58,504 nt of DNA from Halocafeteria seosinensis (lineage: Eukaryota), in assembly GCA_001687465.1 (NCBI GenBank), contig LVLI01000360.1, forward strand, positions 1-58,504. Reading direction: 5' to 3'. The notes under the pieces are model-generated. The model made no database searches, had not been told where the DNA came from, and worked only from the letters and a program-made list of their open reading frames with translations. A program made the position numbers and the translations under genes. Of the stretch, positions 21,644 through 34,003 are shown in pieces (the first letter of the stretch is position 1; each line of letters begins with the position of its first letter).

Positions 21644-24395
21644 CTATTGAATACCGAGACCGGATAGGGAGTTCTTGACTATGCTTATGACAGACTCAGT
21701 TTGGTCATTTCTGTCACTCTTAACCTGCAGCTTGACCTCTCGACTGCTCTTGTGTACGAGCAGTTCGATCAAATGCAATGAGTTGAAAGCCTTGTCCTGT
21801 AGTGAACGTATTGAAGTTAATGTACACACTGCAACGATATGAAACAAGAAACAATTATACGAACCTTAGCGTATAGGTAGAACTTTAGAGTCCCGCCTGT
21901 GTCACCAGAGGCGACGACCTTAATATTAGAGCCTCCCACTAATCGTTCGATTTCTTCAGTCGTGGAAGTTTTGGACACTGTAAACGAGCGTTTACTGGCA
22001 ACACCCATGGCCGACCACTTAGACTGGTAACTCTTCGGGTCCATAGCCGCCTGGGGGTCTAGTTCAACTCCGGCAGGGGAGCTATCTGTTCCTCCCTTTT
22101 CACTCCCGGTGCCTCCCAATAAGTCTGAGGTGCCTCCATTCGCATCTTCTGAGGCTGCTGCAGAATCCGTTCCGCCACCCAGCAGATCATCGTCCATTTC
22201 AGCCGCAGTAGCTGCTTCTCTCGTTTCCTGTTGATCTGCTTCTCGATTAACAACCCAATGACTTTCCGGAATAAATTGTTCGCCGGGTTTGTTATAAATT
22301 ACACTCAGCGAGTTGAACTCCCCGATGAGAACATCGCGCAATTCGTCGCCCGCATCCTCGAAATATCGCTCTACAGGAGGTTCAGGGGTATTTATTATCT
22401 CATTCGCCATGTCTACGTCTTTCCTTAGGAGCCGATAATACAATAATGCCCTGTCTCGTACTAAAGGGGTTTCTGCATCACTGAGCGCAGCTTCTAAAAG
22501 TCTCCCAAACATCTTCTGCACCTCAGGAGGACGTTTAAAGAACAGCTTAGCAGTGGCGCTCAATAGCTGTAGACGAACATCCACAGATTCTTCTGTATCT
22601 ACACTATCAATGAGGGGTTCTAATAAATATGGTGCTTCGTCGATTTGTTGCCCATACTCTCCAATCATCCATATAATGGCAGCACGGCCATGAATGTCTT
22701 CCATTTGGTTCAGCGTCCGGTGCACGCTGGGAATGACGTCCGATGCCTTTGACGGAAATTTGCGCAGTAGGTTGCGGATGACCACCACAGTTTCCCCCAG
22801 AACTTCTTCCATTTCCATATCAAGAATTTCTAAAAGACTCGAGACGACATCATTTACTGCTTCTGGAACATTCATGGCGACTTCTCCGATGCTGCGCACC
22901 GCGTGGCGCGAGAGTCCGGGATCAACGCCAGATACGTACTCCGATAGCTCGTTGATTATAGGAGTAAAGTTCTTCTTATCCGCTACCTTTGGTAGAACAT
23001 CCATTTTTATTTCATTCACACTGGTTGGGTCGCCGTATCTACAGAAAAACGCTTTATAGTCGCCATTAAAAATACCAGGGGCATTGTCCACGATAAGGGC
23101 CACATGCTTCAGTACTACATATGCAAGCTCTTTCGTAGCTGATGCCATCAGGGTTAAAAGTGGAGTTCTCAGGCGTTCGAAAACCTGGTTTTGTATTTCC
23201 GACATCTCCCGTGTAAGTTCCAGGAAACATTTAGTTGTATCAAGCACGACCGCAGAGTTTGAAACTCTAAGACAAGGATCAATAAGGTTCATAATACCGA
23301 AAGTCTCCTTCTTCGTTTCTGGTTTATATTTTGCCACCACTTGAAGAACTGTGCACATTCCCCAATCACTGAAGTCTTTGATGCGATTCAACAGGTGATG
23401 CACTATAGCTTGGTTGATCACGATTCCCCCTTCTTCGGCTAATATTTCATTTAGAGCGTGTATACAATTAGTGACAACCAGAGGTTCCCGGTCACGAATC
23501 ATATTGTATAAAGTGTCCACAAAGTCTGATTCCTTTATCATGGAGGGATTCAAATGATACACCTTTAGCACGCCTGTCACCGCTGTCTTCCGAACATACG
23601 GAGAACGATCACTTAACGATTGCTGCAGTGAACGGAAGGTGAACCGCCGTAAACAGAAGCGCGTCGATTCTCTACTGAACTGATATTGCAATACATACTC
23701 GCAACGGCGTCATCACATACTCCAGTATGGAGTTCAGTCGTAGGGAACATAAGGACCGCAATGCCAGGCCCCGCACCATAGGGTCGTCATCTCGACTGCG
23801 CAGCATATTTCGCCGAGTCACTCGAACCCTAAAACAACAAAAATGCACTCTAGGAGAGAACTCACCAATCCTTCTGTAATGTGTTAATGGTGAGAAGTGT
23901 AAGATCTGGATTGCTTCGGGCATAGTTGCTAAGATACAAGTACACCATTTTCTTGATTACTAAATCCTTGGTATTGGACGCCTGTTGGACCACGACGAAG
24001 ACATATTCTGAGGGACCAAAGGAAGCAGTATGAGATCAAACAAACACTTGCCATCACCATCTCACTGAATAAACGAGAGACATCGATTCCCAAGGTCATG
24101 AATGCAATGACTTTCTTGATCACATCTCGCTTTCTTTTGCCGTCTTTTTCTTTATTAACCTTTTGCAAGAGCTGCATAAGTAGCACATCATTCGATAGAC
24201 AAGTCAATGATCTACAGATATAGCTTGATACAAAAGTGCTGCATGCCCTGTATAAGGTGTACGTACGCCTCGAAGTTCATTGACCTCTCCACGCCGAGTA
24301 TCAAAGTATCCTCCTTGGCCTTTCGAGCCTCCTCCTTGTTGTGTACCTCGCCCTGGAGGGGGCACACGGCTGTTACCGCCACTGTAAGACGACAT
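21644..24395 (-). CDS. AP4B1: AP-4 adaptor complex beta subunit, 5 introns (one GC-AG)
   Basis: KKVIAFMTLGIDVSRLFSEMVM|ASNTKDLVIKKMVYLYL, RDDDPMVRGLALRSLCSLR, PYVRKTAV, KLFFKRPPE and RDRALLYYRLL; C-terminal appendage domain. Confidence 0.88.
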
Positions 24396-24701
24396 TGTAT
24401 TACTCTAGGTGGTCGGTCAGGTGCCAGATGCATCAAATACGGGCGAAAAATGCTTGTAAAGCAATAAGCACGCTCCTGCGGCTCCCCTGTAGAAGGGGCC
24501 GGGAAACAACAAAAAGGGTCTAGGGAGAGCGGATCCCCTTGGCTCTCCCCTGAGGAGATTGATTGAAGGCAAGCCGTCATTCTTTTCTTGGACTTTTGAT
24601 TGAATGCTCTACAGGTGTCGTCTGGAGGGAGTCTAAAGGCTCGTGTATGACGTGCATGTGAGGTTGTTTGAGGGGAAGAAAAAGGCCGATTAAAGAGAAT
24701 A

Positions 24702-27700
24702 ATGTCTTCTTCTTCCAATGGAGATAAAAAGGGCGTACCCTTGGGCGCACAAGGGAACGAAGAATACGATTATGAGGCCACCTCTATCTCCAAAGGCAGC
24801 AATTTTGCCCAGGAAGTGCAGGATGATAATGACGATGTAGGGCATAATGGAGCTGCCGCTGGCGCTGCTACCGAGTATACTACACGGGAAGACGATGACG
24901 AAGAAGATATTGACCCTGGAATGGACACAGGAGGTACACATCCGGCAACAAAAGCTGCTATTGAACAACAGAAGAAAAGACTCAAAGGAAAATCATCTTC
25001 CTCTAGTGGCCGAGGCGAAGATGCTGCTGGTGCAGCCGGTATAGGGGATGACGATGATCCGTTCAAATCCTATCGTGAAGGCGTCACAGGGAAGAAAGAC
25101 ACAAGACTCAGTGCAAAGGAGACGTCCTACCACAAGAGAAAATACGAACGAGACCTTTCGCCGGAACGAGTTGATGCTTTTGGAGGGAAAGATGAAGGCC
25201 AGGGGCGTAGTTATAAAGAGGTTATGGAAGCGACACAGGTTGAGCGGGAGAAGAAAGAATACGAACAGAAAATTGCCAAGGAACAAGAAGAGCGGGAACG
25301 TCTCCAAGAGCGCACAGAGCAACAGGAGGATTATCAACAGCAAAGTGCAGCCCAGGCTGCAGCAGAAAGACGCCGCAAACGACGCCGGTGGGACACTGGA
25401 GACACTGACACTGATGCTTCCAGTGTTGCGTCTAGCACGGCGGATGGAGGGGATGATGCAGCCGATGCTACGCCCGTTGCCGGTCAAGCCCAATGGGACA
25501 AAACACCTGCAGGGCCTGAGGCTTTTGGGCCCACTCCGGCTCGAGGAGGGGCATCTAAATGGGACGAAACCCCAGGGCCTCGTCCTTCGGTAGCGGGACA
25601 AAGTTGGGAAACGCCCAAAGCGGAAGGTGCCGCAGGAGCAACACCAACCCCGAGTCGAAAGAAATCCAGGTGGGACGAAACCCCTACGCCTGCAAACGCA
25701 GCTTTGCAAAGTGCAGGGCGAGCAGCAGCTGCTCTCGCGACACCAAACACAAGCACGGTTGATATGAGCCAAATGACACCAGCTCTGGCAAAGCAGCAAA
25801 GGCTAGAACGCGAAATGGATGAACGAAACCGTCCGTTAAGTGACGAGGAACTGGATGCGATACTTCCCTCCGACGGCTACCGAATCCTTGATCCCCCGGC
25901 GAACTACCGCCCGATACGCACGCCGAGCAGGAAAATGATGTCTACACCGACACCTGCGTTGCAATCCGGTTTCCATATGCAGCAAACGCCAGCCAAGGAA
26001 CAGTATGGTGTCACGGGCTCCGCTGCAGCTCCCCCTGAAGGCGGAGAAGCCAGTGATCTCCCCTACATCAAGCCCGAAGATCAACAATTCTTCGGAGCAC
26101 TATTGGAGGAAAAAGATGAGGAACAGCTTTCTGCTGAGGAGAAAAAGGAGAGGGAAATCATGACACTGCTATTGAAAATCAAGAATGGTCTCCCACAAGA
26201 TCGTAAGAAGGCACTTCGAAACTTGACGAAGAGAGCTCGTGAATTCGGGGCTGGTCCACTTTTTAATCAAATCCTACCTTTAATGATGAGTCCTGCTTTG
26301 GAGGAGCAAGAACGCCATTTGCTTGTTAAAGTTATTGACCGGGTATTGTACAAGTTGGATGACATGGTTCGACCGTACGTCCACAAGATTCTGGTGGTTG
26401 TAGAACCGATGTTGATTGACCAAGACTATTACGCAAGAGTAGAGGGAAGGGAGATCGTATCCAACCTGGCAAAGGCTGCTGGACTAGCTCACATGATTGC
26501 TACAATGCGACCAGATATCGATAATGTAGATGAATATGTTCGCAACACCACCGCTAGGGCGTTCGCCGTTGTTGCCTCGGCTTTGGGTATTCCCGCTTTG
26601 CTTCCGTTTCTCAAAGCTGTCTGCCAGAGCCGGAAGTCGTGGCAGGCGCGTCATACAGGTATAAAGATTATTCAACAGATAGCTATCTTAATGGGATGTG
26701 CGATTTTGCCTCATTTGAGTCACATGGTGAACATTATTGCCCATGGCCTGGAGGATGATAATAGCAAAGTCCGGACGATTACAGCCCTCGCTATTGCCGC
26801 TTTGGCAGAGTCGGCTTATCCGTATGGAATTGAAGCCTTCGACTGTGTTCTCCGCCCGCTTTGGCAGGGGGCTCGACAAACTAGAGACAAAGGACTTGCC
26901 GCCATATTAAAAGCAATTGGAAACATCATCCCTCTAATGGATGCACAGTATGCGGCTTACTATACTCGGGAAGTGATGGTAACCGTGATCCGTGAATTCC
27001 AGAGTCCCGATGAGGAGATGAAGAAAACAGTCCTCCAGGTGGTAAAGCAGTGTGTAAGTACAGATGGAGTTGACTCCAAATATGTCCGAGAAGAGATACT
27101 TCCTGAGTTCTTTGCCAACTTTTGGGTTCGCCGAATGGCTGCGGATAAGAGAAACTACCAAGCCGTCGTTAGCACTACAGTTGAACTTGCGAACAAAGCC
27201 GGTGTTTCCGAAATTGTCAACCGCATTGTAGACGACCTTAAGGACGAAAACGAGCCATACCGTGGCATGGTCATGAGTGCGCTGCAAGAAATAATAAAGA
27301 ATCATGGAGCCGCGGACATTGACCAACCATTGGAGGTTCGACTCGTTGACGGTCTCATTTACTCATACCAAGAGCAAGCATTGGAAGATTATGCTAAGAC
27401 GATTCTCAAGGGTTTTGGCGTCATTGCCACTGCTCTGGGTGAACGAACAAAACCATATCTACCGCAAATACAAGGAACCATCACATTCCGTTTGAACAAC
27501 AAGTCTGCGAGAGTACGCATGCAGGCTGCGGATTTGATTACAGAAGTTGCCCATGTTATGAAACTGTGTGGAGAAGAAGATAGTCTTGCACATTTGGGCC
27601 AAGTTCTGTACGAAAACTTGGGAGAAGAGTATCCAGAAGTCTTGGGGTCTATCATTGGTGCTCTCAAGAGTGTTGCCTCTGTTATTGGTGTTTCAAGGCT

Positions 27701-28802
27701 CCGTCCTCCTGTTAACGAAGTACTGACTAGCTTAACGCCGATTCTGAAGAATCGCCACGAAAAGGTTCAAGAGAAGACAATTGAACTTGTAGGCCTCATT
27801 GCGGATCGCGGAGCCAACTCGGTTCACGCCAAGGAATGGATGCGAATCTGCTTTGACCTATTGGAGCTCTTGAAGGCTGGTCGAAAGAGTATCCGGAGGG
27901 CAACTGTCAATACTTTCGGGTTTATTGCGAAGGCCATAGGACCTCAGGATGTGTTGCATACACTGCTTAACAATCTCCGAGTCCAAGAGCGGCAGCTGCG
28001 TGTGTGCACTACCATCGCCATAGCCATTGTGGCGGAGACATGCCAACCGTTCACGGTACTGCCAGCGTTGATGAACGAATATCGCGTTGCAGACATGAAC
28101 GTCCAGAATGGCGTACTTAAAGCGATGTCATTCATGTTTGAGTACATAGGCGAAATGAGCAAGGATTATATCTATGCAGTAACACCACTACTACAGGATG
28201 CTCTTATGAGCCGAGATATGGTCCATCGTCAGATTGCTTGCAATGCAGTGAAGCACATTGCTCTAGGGGTCCAGGGACTGGGGTGCGAGGACTCCTTGAC
28301 GCATCTGCTCAACTATGTTTGGCCTAATATTTTCGAGACGAGTCCTCACATTATGAACGCAGTCTTCGAAGCTGTCGAAGCTCTTCGTGTTAGTTTAGGT
28401 CCGGGGAGAATAATGCTTCATTTACTGCAGGGGTTATATCATCCAGCACGACGAGTTCGAGAAGTCTACTGGAAGATCTACAATAATGCCTATGTCTACT
28501 CGTCTGATGGATTGGTGCCATTTTATCCTCGTTTGGTTGAAGATGACGATCGAGTCGATAAGATTGCGAGAGCGAAGTTGCAAGCTCTAGCTCAAGAGAA
28601 GAATGTCTTCGTCGATGGAGAAAGCAAACGCCAAAATAAAAAGAAGAAAACACTTAAGAAAATTGACCACTCGGGTGCTACAGCGGCCGAGACTGATGTC
28701 GTGTCGAAAGTGCTAGAAGAGGAACGAAGGCAGAAGAGAGAGAACGAAGAGCAGGCTCCAACGAACAATTACCGTCGAACGTATTTGGAGTTGGTAATTT
28801 AG
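24702..28802 (+). CDS. SF3B1: Splicing factor 3B subunit 1, intronless
   Basis: ULM/TP repeats (SRWDETP), p14-binding [12 protein letters not shown], and HEAT repeats [43 protein letters not shown] and [11 protein letters not shown]. Confidence 0.98.
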   Translation: MSSSSNGDKKGVPLGAQGNEEYDYEATSISKGSNFAQEVQDDNDDVGHNGAAAGAATEYTTREDDDEEDIDPGMDTGGTHPATKAAIEQQKKRLKGKSSSSSGRGEDAAGAAGIGDDDDPFKSYREGVTGKKDTRLSAKETSYHKRKYERDLSPERVDAFGGKDEGQGRSYKEVMEATQVEREKKEYEQKIAKEQEERERLQERTEQQEDYQQQSAAQAAAERRRKRRRWDTGDTDTDASSVASSTADGGDDAADATPVAGQAQWDKTPAGPEAFGPTPARGGASKWDETPGPRPSVAGQSWETPKAEGAAGATPTPSRKKSRWDETPTPANAALQSAGRAAAALATPNTSTVDMSQMTPALAKQQRLEREMDERNRPLSDEELDAILPSDGYRILDPPANYRPIRTPSRKMMSTPTPALQSGFHMQQTPAKEQYGVTGSAAAPPEGGEASDLPYIKPEDQQFFGALLEEKDEEQLSAEEKKEREIMTLLLKIKNGLPQDRKKALRNLTKRAREFGAGPLFNQILPLMMSPALEEQERHLLVKVIDRVLYKLDDMVRPYVHKILVVVEPMLIDQDYYARVEGREIVSNLAKAAGLAHMIATMRPDIDNVDEYVRNTTARAFAVVASALGIPALLPFLKAVCQSRKSWQARHTGIKIIQQIAILMGCAILPHLSHMVNIIAHGLEDDNSKVRTITALAIAALAESAYPYGIEAFDCVLRPLWQGARQTRDKGLAAILKAIGNIIPLMDAQYAAYYTREVMVTVIREFQSPDEEMKKTVLQVVKQCVSTDGVDSKYVREEILPEFFANFWVRRMAADKRNYQAVVSTTVELANKAGVSEIVNRIVDDLKDENEPYRGMVMSALQEIIKNHGAADIDQPLEVRLVDGLIYSYQEQALEDYAKTILKGFGVIATALGERTKPYLPQIQGTITFRLNNKSARVRMQAADLITEVAHVMKLCGEEDSLAHLGQVLYENLGEEYPEVLGSIIGALKSVASVIGVSRLRPPVNEVLTSLTPILKNRHEKVQEKTIELVGLIADRGANSVHAKEWMRICFDLLELLKAGRKSIRRATVNTFGFIAKAIGPQDVLHTLLNNLRVQERQLRVCTTIAIAIVAETCQPFTVLPALMNEYRVADMNVQNGVLKAMSFMFEYIGEMSKDYIYAVTPLLQDALMSRDMVHRQIACNAVKHIALGVQGLGCEDSLTHLLNYVWPNIFETSPHIMNAVFEAVEALRVSLGPGRIMLHLLQGLYHPARRVREVYWKIYNNAYVYSSDGLVPFYPRLVEDDDRVDKIARAKLQALAQEKNVFVDGESKRQNKKKKTLKKIDHSGATAAETDVVSKVLEEERRQKRENEEQAPTNNYRRTYLELVI

Positions 28803-28997
28803 CATACGGAACTCGTGTTGCTAATTAAGCTACGGAATTTGTTCTTAAGGAATGTTACACGTGGCCAGACGTCGATAATTTGTCGTATGCATATGTATGA
28901 TGTATCCATCCACTCGTTGCAAGCTATGCAGTGACTTCTGAAAGTGACTATATACCGGTAGTGCTCTGCTCGAAGTCCTCCACTTAGAAGTCCTCAC

Positions 28998-29555
28998 TTA
29001 GAATTTGGGGAACTTAAGCTGATTCTGCTCAAACATCCTATCTACAATGCTATGCACATCTTTCTTCGCTTTCCACCAAACTTTTGCCTGCTCATTCTGT
29101 TGCCGCTTGTATTTCCTCTTCGTATGGAACTGCAAATCATACATATATATATATGGGTCCTTCCACGACCTAAAAACAACATCCGTACTTACGCGGCTGT
29201 TGCGTATTTTCTTATCGATTTTCTCAGCCGACACTTGTTTCCTGAATTGTGTTATAGCCTGCAGTAGCCAACGATGAAACGACATGCCGTGGGGTGGGAA
29301 TTTCTTCATTGTGCAGCGTAACATGACTTCTTGACGGACCTTGCGTGTATCTCCCTGGGACAGATTTCCTCCTACTTTGACCCTTATATACGTTCTCCTC
29401 TGTACGTTTTCCGTCCCCAGGCACGAGGGGTATCGTTGCGCCTGAGATAGAGCATTCGTCCCCGTTAAAAAAGCGTGAGATTGTATATAATTCGTGTGTA
29501 TAGGCTGTCGGACAGCACTTTGACACAGCCGAGTTCCAGTCCGGAATCCCAGCAT
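28998..29555 (-). CDS. Probable mitochondrial ribosomal protein bS21m; in-frame introns 29339-29259 and 29192-29130
   Basis: Arg-rich presequence-like N-terminus ending QRRTY. The spliced core IRVKVGGN...K|AITQFRKQVSAEKIDKKIRNSR|FHTKRKYKR fits the S21 pattern. Confidence 0.55.
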   Translation of the reverse strand: MLGFRTGTRLCQSAVRQPIHTNYIQSHAFLTGTNALSQAQRYPSCLGTENVQRRTYIRVKVGGNLSQGDTRKVRQEVMLRCTMKKFPPHGMSFHRWLLQAITQFRKQVSAEKIDKKIRNSRVSTDVVFRSWKDPYIYMYDLQFHTKRKYKRQQNEQAKVWWKAKKDVHSIVDRMFEQNQLKFPKF

Positions 29556-29805
29556 ATCTCGCTTAAAACACTAACCCCTCGAAAATATAACCCTGGTATG
29601 ATGATGTACAAGTGTAACAAAGCCCTGACCCGCAATAGTAGCCCACTATGAATCATCTGAATGGAATGACAGCAAAATCCGGGCCGACGGCCCGGATTAC
29701 GAGAAGTGTTGGTGCTACACGTAGATACTCCAAAAATGGCACATTCTATTGTGTACATGCATCGGTCTACTACTTATATTATTTCGTGTCGGTAGTGTGT
29801 GTTAC

Positions 29806-30987
29806 TTAGACTGCCGTACTCCGCTGTTCATGGCTCGAAGAGGAGGTTTCCGGCAAAGGATTTTGGACATTTACCGCCCTGTTCTCCTCCACAGACGAGC
29901 GTTGGCGTCGATAGCGGTAATAGACTGCCACTGCAACAGCTCCTACAGCCACAAGAACACTGACACCGATGGCTACTGATTCCGCCGGGGTTATACCAGA
30001 TCCACTGTTGTCTTTTTCAGAGGTGTGAACACGATCGCTGTGCTTTTTACTCTCCAGTTTACTTTTATCAGTGTTGATCGGCGAGACTCCTGAACCGGCC
30101 AAGTTGGTTGAATGCTTCTTAAGGAATTTCGATTGCAGATCACCATCTTCGATGTGATTCTTCATGTCTCCATTGGATGTGCTTTCATGCAAATTTCTGA
30201 ATGGTGGAGAGAACTTAAATTTATGTTCAACATCGAACTCGAAAACCACTCCAGTTTCCTTCAAGTTTACATCAGCAACAACAACCTCCAAGGCAGCAAA
30301 CTCGCCTACCATGTATTCCTCCTCGTATTCCTCGATTGCTGTCTTGAGATCCACTTCAAGACGGCCGATGAACACAGCCAGACCCACCCGCTCTAGGTCC
30401 GAGCGGGTCAACCCAGCCAGATATACTTGAGCAGGCTGCACCATCACGTCTTCCGTTGGTGGTTGCTGCGAGCAGCCATAGAAACGCTTCACTCGCGTAA
30501 TAAAGTCGACGTCATCCCAGTACAAATCACAGCCGCAAGACGGAACCTGTTCAAGATAGTTGCAAATGCTCTCAGCAGTTCGTACATAAGGAAAGTCCTT
30601 TAAGCACCAAGAACATTTACCCCAAGGGATAGGTACGATATTCGGTACCCGCTTGTATAAGGGCTCGCTGCAGACCCATCGAATTGCGTTCTGGTAGTAG
30701 ACTTCGTAACGCTCTTGTTCCCCGAAAGAACATTGGTTGCGCAAACATGACAGTATTTCCCGATAGCACCCGCAAGCGGTGCGATTAGCTCCACCACCAA
30801 AATCGAGTGTGCATTCTCCAGCGTCGTCCCTTAAACACGTCTCACACCCTGGGCTAACGGGCGCTACTGGGATAGCTCTCGCTCTTGGGTCCGCTCGCTT
30901 TTTGCTGTCCGTTGCTGTCGCAGACGCGGTGCACATGATGGCGACAGCCAGGAGCAGCGATTGAATTTGTCGGAAGGAAAGTCTCAT
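29806..30987 (-). CDS. Type I membrane protein with a signal peptide and Cys-rich ectodomain, 393 aa
   Basis: Hydrophobic N-terminus, two Cys clusters, and the TM helix VAIGVSVLVAVGAVAVAVYY followed by RYRRQR. Confidence 0.8.
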   Translation of the reverse strand: MRLSFRQIQSLLLAVAIMCTASATATDSKKRADPRARAIPVAPVSPGCETCLRDDAGECTLDFGGGANRTACGCYREILSCLRNQCSFGEQERYEVYYQNAIRWVCSEPLYKRVPNIVPIPWGKCSWCLKDFPYVRTAESICNYLEQVPSCGCDLYWDDVDFITRVKRFYGCSQQPPTEDVMVQPAQVYLAGLTRSDLERVGLAVFIGRLEVDLKTAIEEYEEEYMVGEFAALEVVVADVNLKETGVVFEFDVEHKFKFSPPFRNLHESTSNGDMKNHIEDGDLQSKFLKKHSTNLAGSGVSPINTDKSKLESKKHSDRVHTSEKDNSGSGITPAESVAIGVSVLVAVGAVAVAVYYRYRRQRSSVEENRAVNVQNPLPETSSSSHEQRSTAV

Positions 30988-31106
30988 TTTTGCCTGAAGT
31001 TATGCGAAAAAATTGCACGCAAGATAAAATGAGCTAGTTGTTGTCGCGGAACACAAACGAGGGCACCCACGGCGTCCTACGCTCTTGTTTTCTGCGCTTC
31101 AAGGAC

Positions 31107-32010
31107 TTACGACATGGGGAGACGGCAGGGCACAAAAATGTACCGTATCCGCTTCTCTTTCTTGACCCTCGCTTGGATTCCTAACACAGAGTGAAGACCA
31201 CTTACTGGCACAATGGAATACGTAAAAGTATCAGAAGTTCTTTCCGCAAAGACAATTGGTATCCGAACTCGATATTGCCAGATATATAGTGCTTGCACCA
31301 GGGTGACCGGACAAACCTTTTTCATTTCCGCACTCAAATTTTTGAGTCTCAAATCACCCAAAGAAGTCTCCAAAGGGGATCGCCCGGGGGAGCGAAGCGC
31401 TGACTCAAACGGAAGCACATGCTCCGGCGAACTTACGTTAACCTGTACCTCACAGAGTTCGAAATGTTGGTGGCCTTGCATTGGGATATTCGGAAGGCCA
31501 GGTTATAGGAGTCTCAACTGATCCAGTGCTTCTTGCAATACCTAGGGTGGAAAACGTTGATTCCCTGAATACAGGGATCAGAAGCCGAAAACCACTCATA
31601 AGCGGGCTCGAGGTGGCTACCCAGCACGCAAGGTTCTACAGGTAGAAGATCTTAAAGAACATCAGATATTCCCAAACGGGAATACGCAACGAGAGTGGTT
31701 GTACCACTGCACTTTTATCATGCACCTTGGTATATATATTTCCAGACGACCATTATGCGCTCGCTTTTATCTGCTACAAGTGTACCAATTTCCTTGGCAC
31801 AGTTAGGTTCCTCTGTGCGAGCATACATAAAGAGGACTCTATTCATGTTCTGTGCAAACACGCCATACCTTCAATTACAACTCTACCTACTCCTGATGTG
31901 TTGATCGGTCGGTTTGGGTTTCTTTGATACTGAGACGGTGATGCCGGGCTGAATTTGATACTTATGAACAAGGTAATTAGGTGGGCCGAAAAGCTCCAGA
32001 GACTCTTCAT
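31107..32010 (-). other. Possible spliced gene, exon structure unresolved
   Basis: ATG at 32010 gives a signal-peptide-like start (MKSLWSFSAHLITLFISIKF), followed by one plausible intron. I could not join the downstream exons without stops. Confidence 0.2.
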
Positions 32011-32188
32011 GCGGAGTCAACACCAGTAATAATGGGAAGTGCCTGTGCCACGTTAAGGGTGTCTCTACACGGGCTGATTCCAGAACTGCAAGACCGTCTG
32101 AATACCTCAAGTCGGAACTGCAAGCGAAGCTGCGAGCTCTGAAGAGTGTCCACTTGACATTGGATTCTAGATGCGTCGCTAATTAGCT

Positions 32189-33044
32189 TTATAAAGCCTT
32201 TGTGTGTCTTCCTGATACAATCAGTTGCCCATCAGATTTCCTACGTACGTCTACCTGGATGCCTAGTCAATTGATGGCAACACAACGCGAACGCTACGAA
32301 TTGACTTACCTGAGTGAATCCGAGTTTCCGTCCCATTTTCAACACCCAAGCTTCAATTACAATTTGTTCTCCTGCTTTAGCAGCTGAAGCAAAGGAAACA
32401 TTTAGCTCCACGGATACACCTGCTTTCGTAACATCTTTCGACATAAGGGCGATTGTGCTGGAGATGTCGACTATTGTAGATAGGGCACCTGCAAACAAGA
32501 AAGGACAATATAGGTAGATTTCTTGTCTAGATGCTGTATGGGACTCTTTTACCTCCATGAATGGTTCCATAGCTGTTTAACACTGATTCCGTCGCTTCCA
32601 TTTCACATCTTACCCAGCCGTCTCCGAGTTTCACCACCTGAGATGGCAGTGGCACAGTGCCAGTAAGGAACACATCACATCAGCCACACAGAAGTAAGCG
32701 GTAGGTACCTTCAGACCATCCATGGTCCTGTCAAATCGGCTTGTAGTTGTTGTCAGATACCCTGTCAAACATGTACAAACGCATTCGTGACGGTCGCCAA
32801 ACGACGCCACTGGATACTTACCAAGGAGGGCATTCGCTCCTAGTCGTTTCCCTCTCTGAATATACGACTCTCCGGCAGCGTCGTTCTTTTCTAAATCCTT
32901 TTGTGTTTGAGGAGCATCGGTGTCATCACTACCCGAACTCGACGATAAAGACGAAATCGGTGGACTTCTAGTCCTTCCGACCGTAGATCCTCCGCGGAAC
33001 GTCCGCGCTAAGGTCTGTAGACGCCGTGTAGCATTACTCAACAT
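32189..33044 (-). CDS. PaaI/ACOT13 (THEM2)-type hotdog acyl-CoA thioesterase with a mitochondrial-like presequence; 4 introns
   Basis: Spliced LNSYGTIHG|GALSTIVDISST, GVSVELNVSF, LKMGRKLGF and SGRHTK. Confidence 0.88.
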
Positions 33045-33442
33045 TTTCTGCTCACACCACAAGATACGAATGCTCCCATCCGAATGTTGGCACGCTCAAA
33101 CACTGCAGCATGGAGTCGAATTCAGGCATTGCCGCATTTAGTTGATACCAAGTTATGATTGTCTCATTGAAGTAGGGACCATGTCCGTTGTGCAACGGGG
33201 CTACACTGCAACAGGGGCACACAGAATGACACCTATTGTATTACGTTGCAATAGAGCGTACCCGAACTCGTAAGGAAACATTACAGGGTATCCTCGCTTC
33301 AGAACTGTCTCCCTGAGCCCCGTGTAAAGGTAAAGAAACCTGGTTCATTGACCGACTTCTTTGCATTTTCTACAACTGGGCCAGCTACTTTTTTGCAGAA
33401 CAGAATTTCCCTCAAACGAAATAAGACCAATTAAGCAACAGT

Positions 33443-33904
33443 ATGGAGTCGATTATTCAAACCCCCGTGAAGAAATCGGGTGTATTGCAAAAACTAGGAG
33501 GGGGTGCAGGCGGACATAAGAACTGGAAAGACAGATTTGTGGTACTTCGAGAGCATCTTTCTTATTACGATAATCGTAAAAGCTACGAGAAACAAGAAAA
33601 GCCCCGTGGAGTTATTTCTCTCAATACATATTACAGCTCTGTTATTGAAGGAAGCACGCAGCACGAGTTTGCTGTGTATGCCTACCCAAAATCGCTGGTG
33701 CTGCGGGCAACTGATGAAGATGACGTTAAGGAATGGGTTGACGCTCTTATGGCGCCTAAGGAAGAAATAGACATGAAAGTTACAAAGTACCGCGAACAAC
33801 GGGATGCCAGAGCTGGATTTGATGCCGAGGCATTTCGCACACTACTCCAAGAGGACGCCGCGGCGCAGAAAGCTAAAAGGGCAGCCGAAGCCTCAGCTCA
33901 ATAG
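33443..33904 (+). CDS. Small stand-alone PH-domain protein, 153 aa
   Basis: VKKSGVLQKLGGG...KNWKDRFVVL...LSYY...PRGVISL...LRATDEDDVKEWVDAL. Confidence 0.92.
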   Translation: MESIIQTPVKKSGVLQKLGGGAGGHKNWKDRFVVLREHLSYYDNRKSYEKQEKPRGVISLNTYYSSVIEGSTQHEFAVYAYPKSLVLRATDEDDVKEWVDALMAPKEEIDMKVTKYREQRDARAGFDAEAFRTLLQEDAAAQKAKRAAEASAQ

Positions 33905-34003
33905 ACAACTAAATGCGCTGAATCTCCGACAAGAATATGCACAAGCAGAGGCATTTATAATAGCACATGTATGACCGTAGATAGAGTAACGGAAAGTCTG
34001 TGT

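Noticed and set aside
24770..25799. Long antisense ORFs opposite SF3B1 (also 43632..44183 opposite SMN and similar cases)
   Set aside because: They are shadows of low-complexity sense coding sequence and show no independent protein features.
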